Assembly: GCA_963833225.1 (NCBI GenBank)
Contig: CAWHXD010000008.1
Coordinates: 960,001 to 1,024,000, forward strand
DNA from: an uncultured Chloroflexia bacterium
GTDB taxonomy: Bacteria > Chloroflexota > Limnocylindria > Limnocylindrales > CSP1-4
Reading direction: 5' to 3'
Length of the DNA: 64,000 bases
The notes under the pieces were generated by a model. It saw nothing but the letters and a program-made list of their open reading frames with translations. It was not told the origin of the DNA and did not search any database. The position numbers and the translations under genes were made by a program. Shown here piece by piece: positions 33,126 to 41,870 of this stretch (position 1 is its first letter; each line of letters starts with the position of its first letter).

Positions 33126-33574
33126 TCGTCGACACGTCGGCGCTGATCGCGATCGTCCGACAGGAGGCCGACGCGCGACTGTACGAGCTCGCGCTCGAGT
33201 CGTCGCCGGTCAACCGGATCTCGGCGGCGACCTGGCTCGAGACGGCCATCGTGATCGATCGCCTCGGGGATCCACTGCTCAGCCGCCGGCTCGACGAGCT
33301 GCTGGCAACGGCCGCCCTGGTCGTGGAGCCCGTGACGGCAGCACAGGCTCGGCTCGCCCGCGAGGCGTTTCGCGACTTCGGCCGGGGTTCCGGCCACGCG
33401 GCGAGCCTCAACTTCGGCGACTGCTTCGCGTATGCCCTGTGCCGCGAGACGGGTGAGCCGCTGCTGTTCAAGGGTGATGACTTCGGGCACACCGACGTCC
33501 CGTACGTCGGCCAACCGTCCGAGCGCGGCCGCCTGGGCGAGCTCCGAGAGGCGTACTCGGCGGTCACGCGCTAA
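33122..33574 (+). CDS. vapC: VapC PIN-domain toxin (VapC30-like)
   Basis: [31 protein letters not shown]. Confidence 0.93.
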   Translation: MIVDTSALIAIVRQEADARLYELALESSPVNRISAATWLETAIVIDRLGDPLLSRRLDELLATAALVVEPVTAAQARLAREAFRDFGRGSGHAASLNFGDCFAYALCRETGEPLLFKGDDFGHTDVPYVGQPSERGRLGELREAYSAVTR

Positions 33575-33813
33575 GGGGCACAACCCCCGCCTCTCGATGG
33601 CTGAGATCGTGCATCAGCTGCGCGCGTGCCGCGACGCCGGGATGGCGGCGAGGGCCCTGCGCCCCCTGGGCCTGGAGCGCCAGCGACGCCGAGCCTGCCC
33701 GCGTGGTGCGGGTCCGGCGGGCTCGTCGAGATCGGGATCTGGGGTAGCACGGAGACCCGCGAGCTGTCCGACCCGACTCGGAACGCGTCAGAAGACGGCC
33801 AGCGACCCACGCG

Positions 33814-33891
33814 CCTCGGAGTCCTGCCGGCCGCCGGGAATCGCGATGCCCCGTCCGGTGGACGAGGCATCGTCGTGCCGGGACTCCGAGG
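33814..33891. terminator. Long hairpin just downstream of the minus-strand 31-aa ORF
   Basis: CCTCGGAGTCC (33814-33824) pairs with GGACTCCGAGG (33881-33891); inner CGATGCC/GGCATCG and CGTCC/GGACG. Confidence 0.45.
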
Positions 33892-33898
33892 AGTCCGA

Positions 33899-33994
33899 TC
33901 AGATGGGACGGACCGAAGCGATGCCCGCGAGGGCGAGCGCCGCGACGGCGAGGACGCGCACGAGCGCGTCAAGGCGCGGGCGGGCCGTGGCCAC
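33899..33994 (-). CDS. 31-aa hydrophobic small protein or truncated signal peptide downstream of the c-di-GMP riboswitch (MATARPRLDALVRVLAVAALALAGIASVRPI)
   Basis: AGGAGG RBS (34005-34000), GTG at 33994, TGA at 33901-33899; below the ORF-track size cutoff. Confidence 0.55.
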   Translation of the reverse strand: MATARPRLDALVRVLAVAALALAGIASVRPI

Positions 33995-34007
33995 ACCAAC
34001 CTCCTGT

Positions 34008-34086
34008 CCGGCAACCCGGCTGACTCGGGCGAGCCCGAGTCCCGTGGTTTTGCGTCCCCGGGTCACCCCGGGTTTGCCCTTATCGG
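34008..34086 (-). ncRNA. Cyclic di-GMP-I (GEMM-I) riboswitch
   Basis: Minus strand reads CCGAUAAGGGCAAACCCGGG-GUGA-CCCGGGGACGCAAAACCACGGGACUCGGGC-UC-GCCCGAGUCAGCCGGGUUGCCG: GGCAAAC, GNRA-capped P2, GACGCAAA junction, P3, and AGCCGGGUUGCCG 3' end, as in class I aptamers. Confidence 0.9.
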
Positions 34087-34211
34087 CCAGCCGCTGGGGC
34101 TGGGACGGCTCTCGCCGCCTGCCGTAACCCTACTCCGCTGGCGCCGCCGCGCACCACGCATTCCGTCCCATTCGGGGCCCGTACCATGGGCGGCTGTGCC
34201 ACCATCCCGCC

Positions 34212-34898
34212 ATGCACATCGGCCTCATCGGCGGCATCGGCCCCGCCGCGAGCATCGTCTACTGCGACCGGCTCTCGCGCGCCGTACGCGCCGCCAGCGG
34301 GCGCCTCGAGCTGACCATCGTCCAGGCGGACGTCGACGAGCTGATCGCGAACGTCCTAGGGGACCGGCGCGACGCGCAGGCGCGGGTCTACGTTGGGCTC
34401 ATCGAGCGCCTGCGGGCGGCGGGTGCCGAGTGCGCGGCGATCACCTCGATCGGCGGCAACTTCTGCTTCCCCGAGACCGAGGCCATCTCCCCGCTGCCCC
34501 TGGTGAGCGCGGTCGCGCCGCTCGACGACCACTTCGCGTCCCGCGGCCTCCGACGCGTCGGCCTGCTGGGCACCGAGGTCGTGATGCGGACCCGTCTCTA
34601 CGGCCAGCTGGTCCGGACCGAGGCGGTCGCACCCGAGGGGGACCTCGCCGCGCTCGGGAAGCTGTACCAGGACATCGCGGTGGCGGGTGCCTGTACGGAC
34701 GCGCAGCGCGCGACGCTGCTGGAGGCCGGCCGGCGGATGGTCAAGGTCCGGGGCGCCGAGGCGATCGTGCTCGCGGGCACGGACCTGGGCCTCGCGTTCG
34801 ACGGCAGCGTGGACCCGGGCTACCGGGTGATCGACGCGCTCGACGTCCATGTCGCGGTGCTGGCGGATCTCGCGCTGGGGCGCGCGCCGCGCTCGTAG
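34212..34898 (+). CDS. Aspartate/glutamate racemase family protein (catalytic Cys pair replaced)
   Basis: HIGLIGGIGP, RVGLLGT..VM, EAIVLAGTDL. Confidence 0.85.
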   Translation: MHIGLIGGIGPAASIVYCDRLSRAVRAASGRLELTIVQADVDELIANVLGDRRDAQARVYVGLIERLRAAGAECAAITSIGGNFCFPETEAISPLPLVSAVAPLDDHFASRGLRRVGLLGTEVVMRTRLYGQLVRTEAVAPEGDLAALGKLYQDIAVAGACTDAQRATLLEAGRRMVKVRGAEAIVLAGTDLGLAFDGSVDPGYRVIDALDVHVAVLADLALGRAPRS

Positions 34899-35097
34899 GG
34901 CCGTGGTCCGGCCGTCGTCGATGTTGACGGCTTCATCTCGCCCAAGTCGCGGACGGCGATGGCCGGCGGCACTGGGCACGATGGCGGTGCCTGGTGGCAC
35001 CGGAGGCCAACGACGGGCCATCCGTCACTGGCGCCGCCCGACACCCTGCGGCAAGTTCTCCCTCGCCAGGCCCGCGGCGGCCGATCACCAAGGGGGG

Positions 35098-37122
35098 ATG
35101 GAATTGCGCACCACACTGCGGCGGCTGGTCGTGGCCGGTGGCTTCGCGCTCCTCGGGCTGGCCGGGATCGCCGGCGTTGCCGCTGGCACGGTGCCCGGCG
35201 ATGGACCTCCGTCACCGTTGCTCAAGATCCTGCCGGGCGTGGTGACGTCAAACCCCGACGTGACGCTGGATCTGCTCCCGCCGCCAACCGACGGTGGAAC
35301 CGTCCGGATCAGCAACGACGGGTTCAGCTGGGTGGAGCGCCCGTGGACCGACGAGGTCGCGTGGTCGTTGATCGACCCCGCCGCCGGAGGCATGGACGCC
35401 GACGGCTGGAAGGACGTCAACGTCGAGTACCGCGAGGCAGGCGAGTCCCTGTTCGAGCAAGGCAACCACGTGATCCTCGACCGCGAGGTGCCGATCTTCG
35501 ATGGGCTGGCGGTGGTGATCCGGGCCCAGCGATGGAATGGCTGGATCAACCACAACGTCATGCTGGGCGGAACCGCTGCGCGCGTCTCCCTTGACGGTGA
35601 TCACTGGACGCCTTGGCGCGACGACTTCTCGATCGACCTGTTCTCGGACCCGACGGCCGCCGGCTGGATCCACGGCGATCACACGCTGTGGGTCCAGCTC
35701 CGCGACGGGGCAGGCAGCCCGAGTGAACCGCTGCCCACGCCGGCAACGATCCTCGCGATGGACCGGGAGGCCCCAGCAGGGGGCTCAGGCCCCGTCTCGG
35801 TCGGGTTCGAGCTTCCGCAGCCGGCGGTCACCGGCGAGCTGTTCACGATCCGGCCGGTCTGGCCGGAGGGCTACGTGCTGCCCGACGATGCCTGGTGCGA
35901 GTGGGTCCTCCACTGGGGCGACGACGCCTCGATCATGTCGCAACCCAACGCGACCTGGGGCGAGCTCTACTTCAATCGCCCGGCGACAACGGGCATCTGC
36001 TCTGAGTGGACGTTCACCCTCCCCTATCGAGAGGCCCGCCAGTTCCACTGGACGTTCCAGGCCTGGCGAATGCGCGATGGCTCCTCCCCAGATGACCCCT
36101 ACGGTGCCCCCATCTACGGCTCGAGCAACACGGAGGATCAGATCTTCCGTGCCCTGCTGGGCTCCACCGATCCCCACATGACGACCAGCTCGGTGCCGAT
36201 CGCCTATCTCCTCCCGGACAGCACGATCACGCGGGCGGGCGAGCCGGTCACGTATCGGCTCCTCACGACGAACGGTGCGGGGGTTCCGCAGAACGGCGAC
36301 TTCTGGACCTACTCGACCTCCTGCTTCCACAACCCCAACTGGAGCCAGACGGGCGGAAACAGCTACACCTACACCCCCGACTGTGACGGTGAATGGGTGA
36401 CCGGGTGGACCGGCATGATGCGCGGCGGGTACATGCGCAGCCAGTACGACCCCCTGGCGGATGGCAGGGCGCCGAAGGTGACCGGGCCGACCGTCAGGCC
36501 ACGCTCCACGTCGTTCGGCAAGGCCGTCCCGGTGACCATCGCATGGAGCGCCCGCGACAAGGGGAGCGGCGTCGCCCGATACCAGCTCCAGGTCAGCCGG
36601 AATGGCCGGCGCTGGCACGACGTGGACCTGTCGGGGCGCCTCACCCGCAGCCTCACGAGGTCCCTGTCGGCCGACGGCACATACCGCTTCCGCGTCAGGG
36701 CACGCGACGGCGTCGGCAATTGGAGCGCCTGGACGCCCGGCCCGACCATTCGTGCGCGGTTGCTCCAGGAGACATCGGGTGCGGTGCACTGGTCGGCTGG
36801 GTGGGCAAGGACGATTTCGTCGTCACTGAGCGGCGGCCACGGCCGTGCCACGTCGACGGCCGGCGCGAAGGCCAGGCTGACCTCCGACATGCGAGGCGTC
36901 TCGCTCGTCGCGCGACGCGGACCTGACTGCGGCGTCGCCGAGATCTGGGTCGACGGGACCCTGCGGGCGACGGTGGACCTCTGGTCGGCGACAACCACGG
37001 GCCCGCAGGTGGTGTTCACCCGTTCCTGGGGCTCCACCAAGGGGCACACCGTGGTGGTACGCAACCTCGCGACCGACGGACGCCCGACCATCGAGCTCGA
37101 CGCGTTCCTCGTGCTGCGCTGA
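35098..37122 (+). CDS. Large secreted protein with FN3 and a C-terminal beta-sandwich module
   Basis: Signal peptide; Trp-rich beta domains; WSARD.GSGV..Y.L...YRFRVRA.D.VGNWSAW FN3; ends GRPTIELDAFLVLR. Confidence 0.8.
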   Translation: MELRTTLRRLVVAGGFALLGLAGIAGVAAGTVPGDGPPSPLLKILPGVVTSNPDVTLDLLPPPTDGGTVRISNDGFSWVERPWTDEVAWSLIDPAAGGMDADGWKDVNVEYREAGESLFEQGNHVILDREVPIFDGLAVVIRAQRWNGWINHNVMLGGTAARVSLDGDHWTPWRDDFSIDLFSDPTAAGWIHGDHTLWVQLRDGAGSPSEPLPTPATILAMDREAPAGGSGPVSVGFELPQPAVTGELFTIRPVWPEGYVLPDDAWCEWVLHWGDDASIMSQPNATWGELYFNRPATTGICSEWTFTLPYREARQFHWTFQAWRMRDGSSPDDPYGAPIYGSSNTEDQIFRALLGSTDPHMTTSSVPIAYLLPDSTITRAGEPVTYRLLTTNGAGVPQNGDFWTYSTSCFHNPNWSQTGGNSYTYTPDCDGEWVTGWTGMMRGGYMRSQYDPLADGRAPKVTGPTVRPRSTSFGKAVPVTIAWSARDKGSGVARYQLQVSRNGRRWHDVDLSGRLTRSLTRSLSADGTYRFRVRARDGVGNWSAWTPGPTIRARLLQETSGAVHWSAGWARTISSSLSGGHGRATSTAGAKARLTSDMRGVSLVARRGPDCGVAEIWVDGTLRATVDLWSATTTGPQVVFTRSWGSTKGHTVVVRNLATDGRPTIELDAFLVLR

Positions 37123-37149
37123 TCCTGGTTGCGCTGGGGCGGCGCCGGG

Positions 37150-38469
37150 TCAGCCGCGAGTTGCCTCGGTGGTGCCAACGGCGCGAGCCAGCCGCGGCCA
37201 GAACGCCGCGAGCCCAACCGCCCGATACACGTACATACACAGGAACGCGACCCAGACCCCAGCATTCCCGAACCGCGGGGCGAGGACGACGTCGGTCGCC
37301 ACGTAGAGGACGACCGCGGCCACGCCGGCGGTCCGGAGCGCGCGACCCTGGGTCGTGCCGAGGAAGACCCCGTCGAGCTGCCAGGCGGCGACGCCGAGCA
37401 GCGGGACGACGGCACACAGCGGCAGAGCGGCGAGCGCCGCGTCCCGGGCGGCCGGGTCGGCGACGATGGCCCTGATGACGGGGGTCCCGCCCACGAAGTA
37501 CAGGAGCGTGAACGCCGCGGCGAACCCGACGGCGATCTCGCTCGTCAGGCGCACCGCCCGCCGGAGCCGGGCTGGGTCGCGGGAGCCGAACGCCTCCCCG
37601 GCCTCCTTCTCAGTGACGAAGGCGAACGCATCCAGCACGAACGCGGACACGGTGATGAACTGGAGCAGGACCTGGTTGCCGGCCAGCGCCGCGGTCCCCA
37701 CCTTCGCGCCAGAGTTGGCGAACCAGGCAAAGGCGAAGACCAGGGCGACGGTCCGGATCAGAATGTCCCGGTTGGTCGCGAGGAGCGCCCGCAGCCGCGC
37801 GCCATCGGCGATCCGGGCCCGATCGACAACCCGGAGCTCGCCACGCACGAGGAGGAGCCCGAACCCGAGGGCGACCCACTCCGCGATCGCGGTGCCGGCG
37901 CCGATCCCGGCCGGCCCGAGGTGGAGACCGGCGACGAACCAGGCGTCGAGGACGGCGTTGACCCCGTTGAGGACGACCTGGAGCGCCAGCAGCGAACGCG
38001 TGCGTCCGGCGCCGATGAGCCAGCCGCTGATCCCAAAGTTGACGAGGATGGCCGGCGCGCCCCAGATCCGGGCCCCGAAGTAGGACGCGGCTCCCGCCTC
38101 GACGTCCGGCGCGGCGCCGAACAGGGCCAGCGCACCGGCCAGGATCGCGGGCGCCAGCACCAGGATGGCCAGTCCGATGCCGCCTCCGAGCAGCGCGGCC
38201 CGGGCCAGGACGGCCCGGCTCTCCTGCCGGTCGCCGGCACCGAGCGCCTGCGCCGTCAGCCCGGTGGTCGACATCCGCAGGAACCCGAAGCTCCAGTAGA
38301 TGAAGTTGAAGGTGACGGCGGCGAGCGCCACCGCGGCGAGGTCCACCGCCCTCCCGACGCTGCCCATCACCGCCGTGTCGACGATGCCGGTCGTGGCCGT
38401 CGCCACCTGGGCGAGGACGACCGGCCAGGCAAGCGCCAGGACCCGGGCGCGCGTCAGAGGCTGGGACAT
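37150..38469 (-). CDS. MATE family efflux transporter (DinF-like)
   Basis: LAWP, VDTAVMG, FGFLRMSTTGLTAQA.G, QLDGVF.G. Confidence 0.93.
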   Translation of the reverse strand: MSQPLTRARVLALAWPVVLAQVATATTGIVDTAVMGSVGRAVDLAAVALAAVTFNFIYWSFGFLRMSTTGLTAQALGAGDRQESRAVLARAALLGGGIGLAILVLAPAILAGALALFGAAPDVEAGAASYFGARIWGAPAILVNFGISGWLIGAGRTRSLLALQVVLNGVNAVLDAWFVAGLHLGPAGIGAGTAIAEWVALGFGLLLVRGELRVVDRARIADGARLRALLATNRDILIRTVALVFAFAWFANSGAKVGTAALAGNQVLLQFITVSAFVLDAFAFVTEKEAGEAFGSRDPARLRRAVRLTSEIAVGFAAAFTLLYFVGGTPVIRAIVADPAARDAALAALPLCAVVPLLGVAAWQLDGVFLGTTQGRALRTAGVAAVVLYVATDVVLAPRFGNAGVWVAFLCMYVYRAVGLAAFWPRLARAVGTTEATRG

Positions 38470-38537
38470 CGAGACCGATCCACGCGAGCAGGGTATCGAT
38501 TCGGTGACCGTCGTCGCGACCGCGGTACCCTCGAACC

Positions 38538-39533
38538 ATGCGCGCGCTCGTCCTCGAGCAACCCGGTCCGGCGGCGTCGTCGCCCCTGCGCCTCCTCGAG
38601 GTGACCGACCCTTCGCCCGCCCCAGGTGATCTCGTGCTCCGCCTGCATGCCTGTGCCGTGTGCCGCACGGACCTCCAACTCGCGACCGGCGACCTTGCCG
38701 CGCGCCGGCTGCCGATCATTCCCGGGCACCAGGCCGTGGGCGTCGTCGAGCACGTTGGCGAGGGGGCCGAGGGCTGGGCGATCGGCGACCGCGCCGGCGT
38801 CACCTGGCTGGCGGGGTTTGACGGGACGTGCCGGTTCTGCCGGTCGGGGCGCGAGAACCTGTGCCGCGACGCGACGCTCACCGGCTGGGATCGAGACGGC
38901 GGCTTCGCCGACCGCCTCGCGGTCCGGGCCGACGTGGCGGTGCGGCTGCCCGCGGCAATGGACGACCTGGCGGCCGCTCCCCTGCTCTGCGGCGGCGTCA
39001 TCGGCTACCGCGCGCTCCGCCTGTCCGGGATCGAGCCGGGTGGGCGCCTGGGGCTGTACGGCTTCGGGGCGTCGGCGCTCCAGGCGATCCAGGTGGCGCG
39101 GCACTGGGGCTGCGAGGTCCACGTGGCGTCGCGATCGCGGGCCGACCTCGACCGGGCGCTTGGCTTCGGGGCTGCCTCGGTGGGTGGCTACGACAACCCG
39201 CCGCCGGCCCCGCTCGACGCCGCGATCACGTTCGCCCCGGTGGGCTCGGTCGTCGTCGCGGCGTTGCGGGCCCTCGACCGTGGCGGGATCGTCGTCGTGA
39301 ACGCGATCCACCTCGACGGCATCCCGGCGTTCGGCTACGACGACCTGTGGTGGGAGCGCTCGATCCGGAGCGTTGCCAACGTCACCCGCCGCGACGCCAC
39401 CGAGTACCTGGAGCTCGCCGCGCAGATCCCGGTCCGCACTGAGATCGAGGTCCACCCGCTCGCCGATGGCAACCTGGCCCTCAAGCGGATCGAGCGGGGC
39501 GAGGTGACGGGGGCGGCGGTCCTGGTGCCGTAG
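38538..39533 (+). CDS. Zinc-dependent alcohol dehydrogenase family protein
   Basis: CAVCRTDL, PGHQ, C.FC..GRENLC, APLLCGG.IGYR, GLYGFGASA; leaderless TACCCT-N6-ATG. Confidence 0.93.
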   Translation: MRALVLEQPGPAASSPLRLLEVTDPSPAPGDLVLRLHACAVCRTDLQLATGDLAARRLPIIPGHQAVGVVEHVGEGAEGWAIGDRAGVTWLAGFDGTCRFCRSGRENLCRDATLTGWDRDGGFADRLAVRADVAVRLPAAMDDLAAAPLLCGGVIGYRALRLSGIEPGGRLGLYGFGASALQAIQVARHWGCEVHVASRSRADLDRALGFGAASVGGYDNPPPAPLDAAITFAPVGSVVVAALRALDRGGIVVVNAIHLDGIPAFGYDDLWWERSIRSVANVTRRDATEYLELAAQIPVRTEIEVHPLADGNLALKRIERGEVTGAAVLVP

Positions 39534-39550
39534 GTCGCGCCGGCGGACGC

Positions 39551-40065
39551 TCAGCCCGTCGTCGCCGCCGCTCGCCGGAGCTCCGCGAGGTACCGGCCGT
39601 GGCGTGCCCAGTCGGGCAGGGGTTGGTCGGTCCCGTACCGAGCCGGTGCCTCGCGCGCGGTCGGCCGCCGGTGGATGGCGGCGCGCGCCCCGGCAGCCCG
39701 GGCAAGCCGCGCGTCGAGGGTCAGCAACAGCGCGTCGGCAGCCTCCGCGAGCGCGAGGTGCGCCGCGTCGTAGGCGCTGAGTCCGTGGGTCACCGCCAAA
39801 TCCAGCGCGGCGAGGACCAATGGCCGGTCCGTGGTCACGGTCTCGATCCCCAGTTCGTCGAGGTCCCGGATCGCCGCCACTACGGCGCCCGCCTCCAGCC
39901 GTGCCGGCGTGCCAGGACGTTCACGACCTCGAGCCAGAACAGCTCGAGCACCAGGATCGGGCCGTCGACCGCCGCCAGGAGTTGCTCCCGCACGACCGGC
40001 GCCTCGGACTCGGCGAGGACGATCGCGAGCGCGGCCGAGGTGTCGAGGACGAGCCCTTCAGCCAT
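39551..40065 (-). CDS. vapC: VapC/PIN toxin (apparent frameshift near 39895)
   Basis: LVLDTSAA, LEVVNVL, then in a second frame LSAYDAAHLALA...LLTLDARL. Confidence 0.82.
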
Positions 40066-40345
40066 CGTCGCGACCACGGTCCAGGCGCACCGCATCGACG
40101 GCCGACGGCCCGTCGGGATGCCGCGCCCGCTGGCCCCGGCCCAACGCCTCGAGCCGGTCGAGCGTCGCCACCGCGCGCCGCCGGCGCTCCTCGGGGTCGC
40201 CGTCGAGCCGCCGACCGTCCTCCACGGAGACGACCATCGCCACGGGCCGGTGGTCGCGCTCGACGAGGAAGCGCTGCCCCGCCGAGGCCTCGTCCAGGAT
40301 GGCCCCGAGCGAGCGGCGGAGGTCGAGGGGGCTGATCGTTCTCAT
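40058..40345 (-). CDS. Phd/YefM family antitoxin
   Basis: MRTIS..DLR..LG.ILD....G..F.VER..RPVA.VV; overlaps the toxin start. Confidence 0.85.
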   Translation of the reverse strand: MRTISPLDLRRSLGAILDEASAGQRFLVERDHRPVAMVVSVEDGRRLDGDPEERRRRAVATLDRLEALGRGQRARHPDGPSAVDAVRLDRGRDDG

Positions 40346-40350
40346 GGACC

Positions 40351-40374
40351 ACCATGATATCTGACCATGAGATC
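40351..40374 (-). promoter_or_regulatory. Repeated ACCATGAKATC at the Phd/VapC promoter (putative autorepression site, contains -10 TATCAT)
   Basis: Copies at 40351-40361 and 40364-40374, immediately upstream of the antitoxin ATG. Confidence 0.45.
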
Positions 40375-40399
40375 CAACGGGTCGAACGCCCGGGCGTCG

Positions 40400-41476
40400 T
40401 CAGGGGCGTCGTCGACGGAGCAGCGCGGCCCGCGACTGCCGGTTTCGAATGCGGGTGACGGTTGCCGTGGGCGGCACCGCGATGGCGGCGCTCATCTGGC
40501 GAGCCTTTTGTGTCAGGCGGCGCGGATCCATGGCAAGGGCCGCGTGGTCCTCAAGCAGGGCCTCGCGCATGGTCGTATCGACGGTGGCGGGCTCCACGGC
40601 GACCAGGCGGCCCAATTCAGCGTCATTGACGACGTTGTCCAGCTCGTTATTGAGCTCGTCGGCGGCGGCGTCGGAGCTCGCGAGGTCTGCCTGCACCGCG
40701 TTGGTGACCTGGCGTTGAACCGCGGTCCCGAACAGCGCTCCGGCCGCGGCAAACGCGAGGGACTCAAGGCCACCACGGAGGTCCGAGTAGCGGACCCATG
40801 TCGTGTCCGTTGAGCCCGGGACTGCCCTGAACAAGCCGGCCACGAGGATCAGGTATCCGGCAATCAGGACAACGGCCACGACCGTGGTGACCAACGGCAC
40901 GTTGGAGAACCGAAAGCCGCTGAACAGCCCTTCCCCGCCCGCCGGTCCCCCAGCCATGGCGAGAAGGGCTCCACCGAGGATCACGAGCAGCCCAACCCCA
41001 AGCGCCTGCATTCGATAGGGCCAATCCGCCGGCACGAGCAGCACCATGACGACCTGGAGCGCAGCCAGCGCGATGACCACCCGCGCGCTCCACGCCGCGA
41101 TCAGCGTGCTTTCCTTGCGCAGCGAGCCTCCACCAACCCAGGCGATGCTGGCCATGGCAACCGCGAGCACGGTCGCCAGCAGCGCGGCCACCGCGATCAC
41201 CCGCTGGGCATCGTCGCCGCTCGAGATCGGGAGCGACCCCGGGATGGCGATCAGCGCCACCCAGCCGACGATCAGGCCGAAGACGATCTTGCCGAGCGCC
41301 TCGTAGTCACGAACCTTGGTCGGCGAGCCATCACCGTCCGTCCCAGGCTGCGCAGAACTGCCGATCTCGCCGTTGCCCCCAGGAACATCCCCTTGCGCCA
41401 CGGACTCACCCTCCTGAAGCCGCTCCCAACTCAGGGGAAGCCACGCACGATCACTGGTGGCACCACGGTCGGACAA
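40400..41476 (-). CDS. Hypothetical multi-pass membrane protein with C-terminal coiled coil
   Basis: About six hydrophobic segments, W.RY..L..GLE.LAFAAAGALFG..VQR; start codon uncertain. Confidence 0.65.
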   Translation of the reverse strand: MSDRGATSDRAWLPLSWERLQEGESVAQGDVPGGNGEIGSSAQPGTDGDGSPTKVRDYEALGKIVFGLIVGWVALIAIPGSLPISSGDDAQRVIAVAALLATVLAVAMASIAWVGGGSLRKESTLIAAWSARVVIALAALQVVMVLLVPADWPYRMQALGVGLLVILGGALLAMAGGPAGGEGLFSGFRFSNVPLVTTVVAVVLIAGYLILVAGLFRAVPGSTDTTWVRYSDLRGGLESLAFAAAGALFGTAVQRQVTNAVQADLASSDAAADELNNELDNVVNDAELGRLVAVEPATVDTTMREALLEDHAALAMDPRRLTQKARQMSAAIAVPPTATVTRIRNRQSRAALLRRRRP

Positions 41477-41870
41477 CGATCAGCGTGCCGCCATCGGGTG
41501 AGGCTGGGCGTCCGGGACTCGGGAGGCGAGGATGCGCCCATCGGACCGACGCCCGATGGCCTCTGCGGCTGACGCGCATCCAAGCGTTGGGAGGGGACGC
41601 CCACGGTGCGGACTACTCCCTGCACGGGTTCGGCCATTATGACCACCGGGTCAATGTGGGCAGCGGGCCCCACCGGGCAGACGCCGTGACACGGGGTCGG
41701 TGCTGGGCGGCACCACCGGCTTGCCCGACGCTGCGGCACCGGCCCAAATGTCGCTCCGCACCATGCCGCATGGCCGTATCGCGCCGGCATCGCGAGCCGC
41801 AGCATCCGGGCGCCGATCGGCGTGGGGGACCCTCGCGACGGCAGGAGTCACGAGGGAGGCCGGTGGGCCC

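Noticed and set aside
30020-33600. Prophage, ICE or IS element
   Set aside because: No integrase, transposase, att-like direct repeats or terminal inverted repeats found.
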